Source: an uncultured Bacteroidales bacterium
GTDB taxonomy: Bacteria > Bacteroidota > Bacteroidia > Bacteroidales > WCHB1-69
Length of the DNA stretch: 64,000 bases
NCBI GenBank assembly: GCA_900315245.1
Contig: OMYJ01000002.1
Span: 57,864 to 121,863 of the forward strand
Direction: 5' to 3'
Position 1 is the first letter of the stretch. Each line of letters begins with the position of its first letter. Below the pieces are notes generated by a model. It was given only the letters and a program-made list of their open reading frames with translations. It ran no database searches and was not told the origin of the DNA. The translations under genes were made by a program, and so were the position numbers. This document shows, piece by piece, positions 61,718-64,000 of the stretch.

Positions 61718-62206
61718 ATGAGCGAGTATGATGTGGATATAAGGAAGTTTGCCGGCGGATGGCTGCCGGGGGCGCTGCGGGGCACGGTGCGCGAATGGGC
61801 ACTGGTGCTGATCCAGCCCTTCAGGAGCCTGCACCACCGTTTCATGCAGTATCGAGAGGAGAAACTGCGGGCGTTGCAGTATGACGCCACCACGGTGCGC
61901 TTGGAAGCGATGCTGAACTACTACCTGCATGACGAGCTGGCGGAGCTGGCCAACGGCGGGCGCATCTTGGTGGAGGACGGAGCGGCGGTGCAACAATGCA
62001 TAGTCTATTCGAAGCATGAACATCTTCCGGTGATGGTGGGGATGCAGATGATACATTCCTGCACCGCATGGGGCGCGGTGCCCTTTGTGGTGAAGATCCC
62101 GGCCGCGCTGCAAGGCAACCGGGACGTGTGGAACCGCGTGGACCGGCTTGTGAGGCGATACAAGTTGTTAGGCACGAAACACACGATTGAGTATTACCAG
62201 GATTAA
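61718..62206 (+). CDS. baseplate/tail-fiber-attachment protein (P2 gpI/Mu gp48-like, tentative)
   Basis: 162-aa ORF following the J-like gene. Confidence 0.4.
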   Translation: MSEYDVDIRKFAGGWLPGALRGTVREWALVLIQPFRSLHHRFMQYREEKLRALQYDATTVRLEAMLNYYLHDELAELANGGRILVEDGAAVQQCIVYSKHEHLPVMVGMQMIHSCTAWGAVPFVVKIPAALQGNRDVWNRVDRLVRRYKLLGTKHTIEYYQD

Positions 62207-62218
62207 AACAACAACGAT

Positions 62219-63010
62219 ATGGAAAGATTATTGAACATAAACAGACCCGAAGGTTTCCCGCTTTGTGCGGAGACGTTAGAGGTGCTGAACGACAACAGCG
62301 AGATGTTCTCGCAGTGGCTGAAGGAGATCCCGCTTAAAAACCGCCAGGCGGTGATATTCGGCAACCATCTGTTGGTGTGCCAGAACCTCCAGAAACGATG
62401 GGTGAAGTTGGGTGCGGTGAGCGCGGCTTCAATGAGCCAGTGCAAGCTGGTGTTCCATACGCCGGTGAGCCATACTGTCCGAGACAGCAACGGCCATGAA
62501 TACTTTGATGTGTGGCTGACAGAGGAGGCGGACATTGTGGACGAGACCTCGCCCGGGGCGCAGTGGACGATTCTCGGACTTTCACATGTGTTCGAGCTTG
62601 GGCTTTGGTATGACCATCTGCCTTCGTTCGAGGCGGGGCTGTCAGCTTCCTCCGTGAGCGGAGGTTCATTTGTGGAACCTATGTCACTCTATGATCAGGG
62701 AAACATCCTGCGCGGGAACAGGGAACGCACCCAGATGCGTTTTGCTATCACATACAACATAAGGGCTACATTGTCATCGGTGTTGTCTGTCCCGATGCCT
62801 GCCGAATGTCCCGACGGCACGCGCTTGGATGCGGATTTGGAGGTCATAAGCACAGGGATACATTACCCTGTAAGGTCTTATATTAGCGGGGGAATGTTGT
62901 TGGTGGACATTGGCCGATGGCTGAAGGACGAAGGGCTTTTTTCAGGGCATGGGTATGATTGGATACAATGCAATGACATCATCCGCATCAACAAGGAGGT
63001 GCTGCTATGA
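62219..63010 (+). CDS. hypothetical tail-tip protein
   Basis: 263-aa ORF in the late operon. Confidence 0.45.
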   Translation: MERLLNINRPEGFPLCAETLEVLNDNSEMFSQWLKEIPLKNRQAVIFGNHLLVCQNLQKRWVKLGAVSAASMSQCKLVFHTPVSHTVRDSNGHEYFDVWLTEEADIVDETSPGAQWTILGLSHVFELGLWYDHLPSFEAGLSASSVSGGSFVEPMSLYDQGNILRGNRERTQMRFAITYNIRATLSSVLSVPMPAECPDGTRLDADLEVISTGIHYPVRSYISGGMLLVDIGRWLKDEGLFSGHGYDWIQCNDIIRINKEVLL

Positions 63011-63291
63011 CGGGCAGGGACCGGCAGACGGTGGCCGACATGGCCGTGGAGCACAGCGGCAGCGCGGAAGCGGTGTTCGCCATCGCCCGCAGGAACAGCA
63101 TCCCCGTGGATGCGGAGGTGGCCGGGATGGAGCTGGCCGACGAGGCTGTGGCCGACCGCCGCACATGGGAGTATGTGGCGGGAACGGGCGTGAGCCCGGC
63201 AGGGATATACAAGGAAGAGGAGGATATGCTCACCACGGATGACGGTTCGATAAATGTGGTTACAGAAGACAATGAAACAATAATTCAATAA
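63007..63291 (+). CDS. small hypothetical tail protein (LysM/gpX-like, tentative)
   Basis: 94 aa with ATGA overlap. QTVADMAVEHSGSAEAVFAIARRNSI resembles a LysM-like helix pair. Confidence 0.4.
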   Translation: MTGRDRQTVADMAVEHSGSAEAVFAIARRNSIPVDAEVAGMELADEAVADRRTWEYVAGTGVSPAGIYKEEEDMLTTDDGSINVVTEDNETIIQ

Positions 63292-63298
63292 CCTTTAA

Positions 63299-64000
63299 AT
63301 GGCAATTAATATGAAGTTCAGGGAGTTTTTGTTGAGACGTTTATTGAAGGGAACCGACTATTTGGTCGGCTATGATGCCAGTACCGGTGAGTATATCCGC
63401 ATCAGCAAGGCGGACCTTGCATCATCGATAGCCGCGATCGCCGCCGCGCAAACGCTGGCGGTGCAGTATTCGGCCAACGGCGAAAGCTGGCACGACAGCT
63501 ACACGGCAGGCGACAATTATATGCGAATAAAGACCGGAAGCGGTGCGTGGAGCGACGCGATAAGAATCTGTGTGAGCGCATACGACATCTGGCTGCAGGC
63601 AGGGAACAGCGGCTCCGAGGCGGACTTTCTGGCATCGCTGAAAGGAGAGGATGGCGACGGAGCCGATCTCAGCGGCCTGCAACTGCAGAACATAGCCGGA
63701 TATGCGGAATTCCTGCAGCAGGTGAACGCGGCGGTGGCCAATGCGAAGGCGGCCATTATTGAAGAGGTGGTGGTTCAAGCCGTAGAGCGCACGCTGGAAC
63801 AGTTTACAGGAGTGCAGTTGGAGGACATCGCCGAAATCCGGAGCTTAAGCGAAGATGACTATCTGACCGTTGTGACTTCCGACGGGCTGCGCAAGGTGAG
63901 GATCGGCAGCTTCAGCGACAATGTGGCGGTGCGCACCGTATCAACTGCCGTACTGGAGAAAAGTATTCAGTCTCAGCTTTGCATACTGACTGTTTCTGGA
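63299..64000 (+). CDS. tail fiber protein, N-terminal part (runs off window)
   Basis: Open frame from ATG 63299 to the window edge. SAYDIWLQAGNSGSEADFLASLKGEDGDGA is a typical tail-fiber motif. Confidence 0.6.
   Translation, partial: MAINMKFREFLLRRLLKGTDYLVGYDASTGEYIRISKADLASSIAAIAAAQTLAVQYSANGESWHDSYTAGDNYMRIKTGSGAWSDAIRICVSAYDIWLQAGNSGSEADFLASLKGEDGDGADLSGLQLQNIAGYAEFLQQVNAAVANAKAAIIEEVVVQAVERTLEQFTGVQLEDIAEIRSLSEDDYLTVVTSDGLRKVRIGSFSDNVAVRTVSTAVLEKSIQSQLCILTVSG

Larger units (their letters stand above)
32558..64000 (+). mobile_element. Mu-like transposable prophage, left end and ~31.4 kb (right end beyond window)
   Basis: Gene order is repressor / ner-like / DDE transposase / MuB-like ATPase / GemA-like / Gam / ... 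/ TerS-TerL-DUF935 portal-MuF-gpG / protease-capsid / sheath-tube-chaperone(fs)-TMP / baseplate / fiber. No tyrosine or serine integrase is present. The exact left terminus is uncertain (32558-32602). Confidence 0.85.

Overview
This 64-kb window comes from a Bacteroidota (Bacteroidales-like) chromosome. The phylum call rests on T9SS C-terminal sorting domains, TAnnTTTG -7 promoter boxes, A/C-rich leaders without Shine-Dalgarno sequences, and signal peptides cleaved before Gln.

Positions 1 to about 32.5 kb are ordinary host backbone:
- hflX 3' end
- four T9SS-sorted secreted proteins
- a Dus-family enzyme
- a hemerythrin-like protein translationally coupled to a LuxR regulator with a degenerate receiver
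- two DUF3857/transglutaminase-like paralogs
- NrnA followed by three FKBP PPIases
- Tex
- aspartate kinase
- a lipoprotein glutaminyl cyclase
- tRNA-Met
- MutL
- an orphan ABC ATPase
- tRNA-Ser

From about 32.56 kb to the window edge lies the left ~31.4 kb of a Mu-like transposable prophage. Its right end is outside the window. In order it carries:
- an S24/LexA-type repressor and a Ner/Cro-like protein
- a DDE transposase and a MuB-like ATPase
- Gam and GemA-like proteins
- an inverted packaging block: TerS, TerL, DUF935 portal, MuF, gpG-like
- protease/scaffold and capsid
- a contractile tail, tape measure, baseplate, and the start of a tail fiber gene

Observations most worth follow-up:
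1. A start-less but clearly coding tract lies between the portal and MuF genes. It is preceded by a textbook -1 frameshift cassette (T_TTT_TTC, 6-nt spacer, 7-bp hairpin), which implies a possible portal-MuF fusion.
2. MuF carries an AT-rich C-terminal extension after its NCKC motif. This extension sits next to an AT-rich membrane-protein gene on the opposite strand, so the pair may be a toxin/immunity cargo.
3. A family of 30-nt GC-rich palindromes (TGTAGAGACG...CGTCTCTACA) sits at phage gene junctions. One copy shows a compensatory base-pair change.
4. Six GAA(G)-loop mini-hairpins, some with GCGAAGC cores, are packed into 134 nt of host intergenic DNA.
5. Short tandem 'word' repeats (period 7-10 nt) occur at gene boundaries throughout. 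Host and prophage share the same vocabulary of words.
6. The prophage left end has TGAATTTTGCC direct repeats and abuts a truncated T9SS-domain gene remnant.

All protein family names come from motif recognition by eye. No database search was possible.
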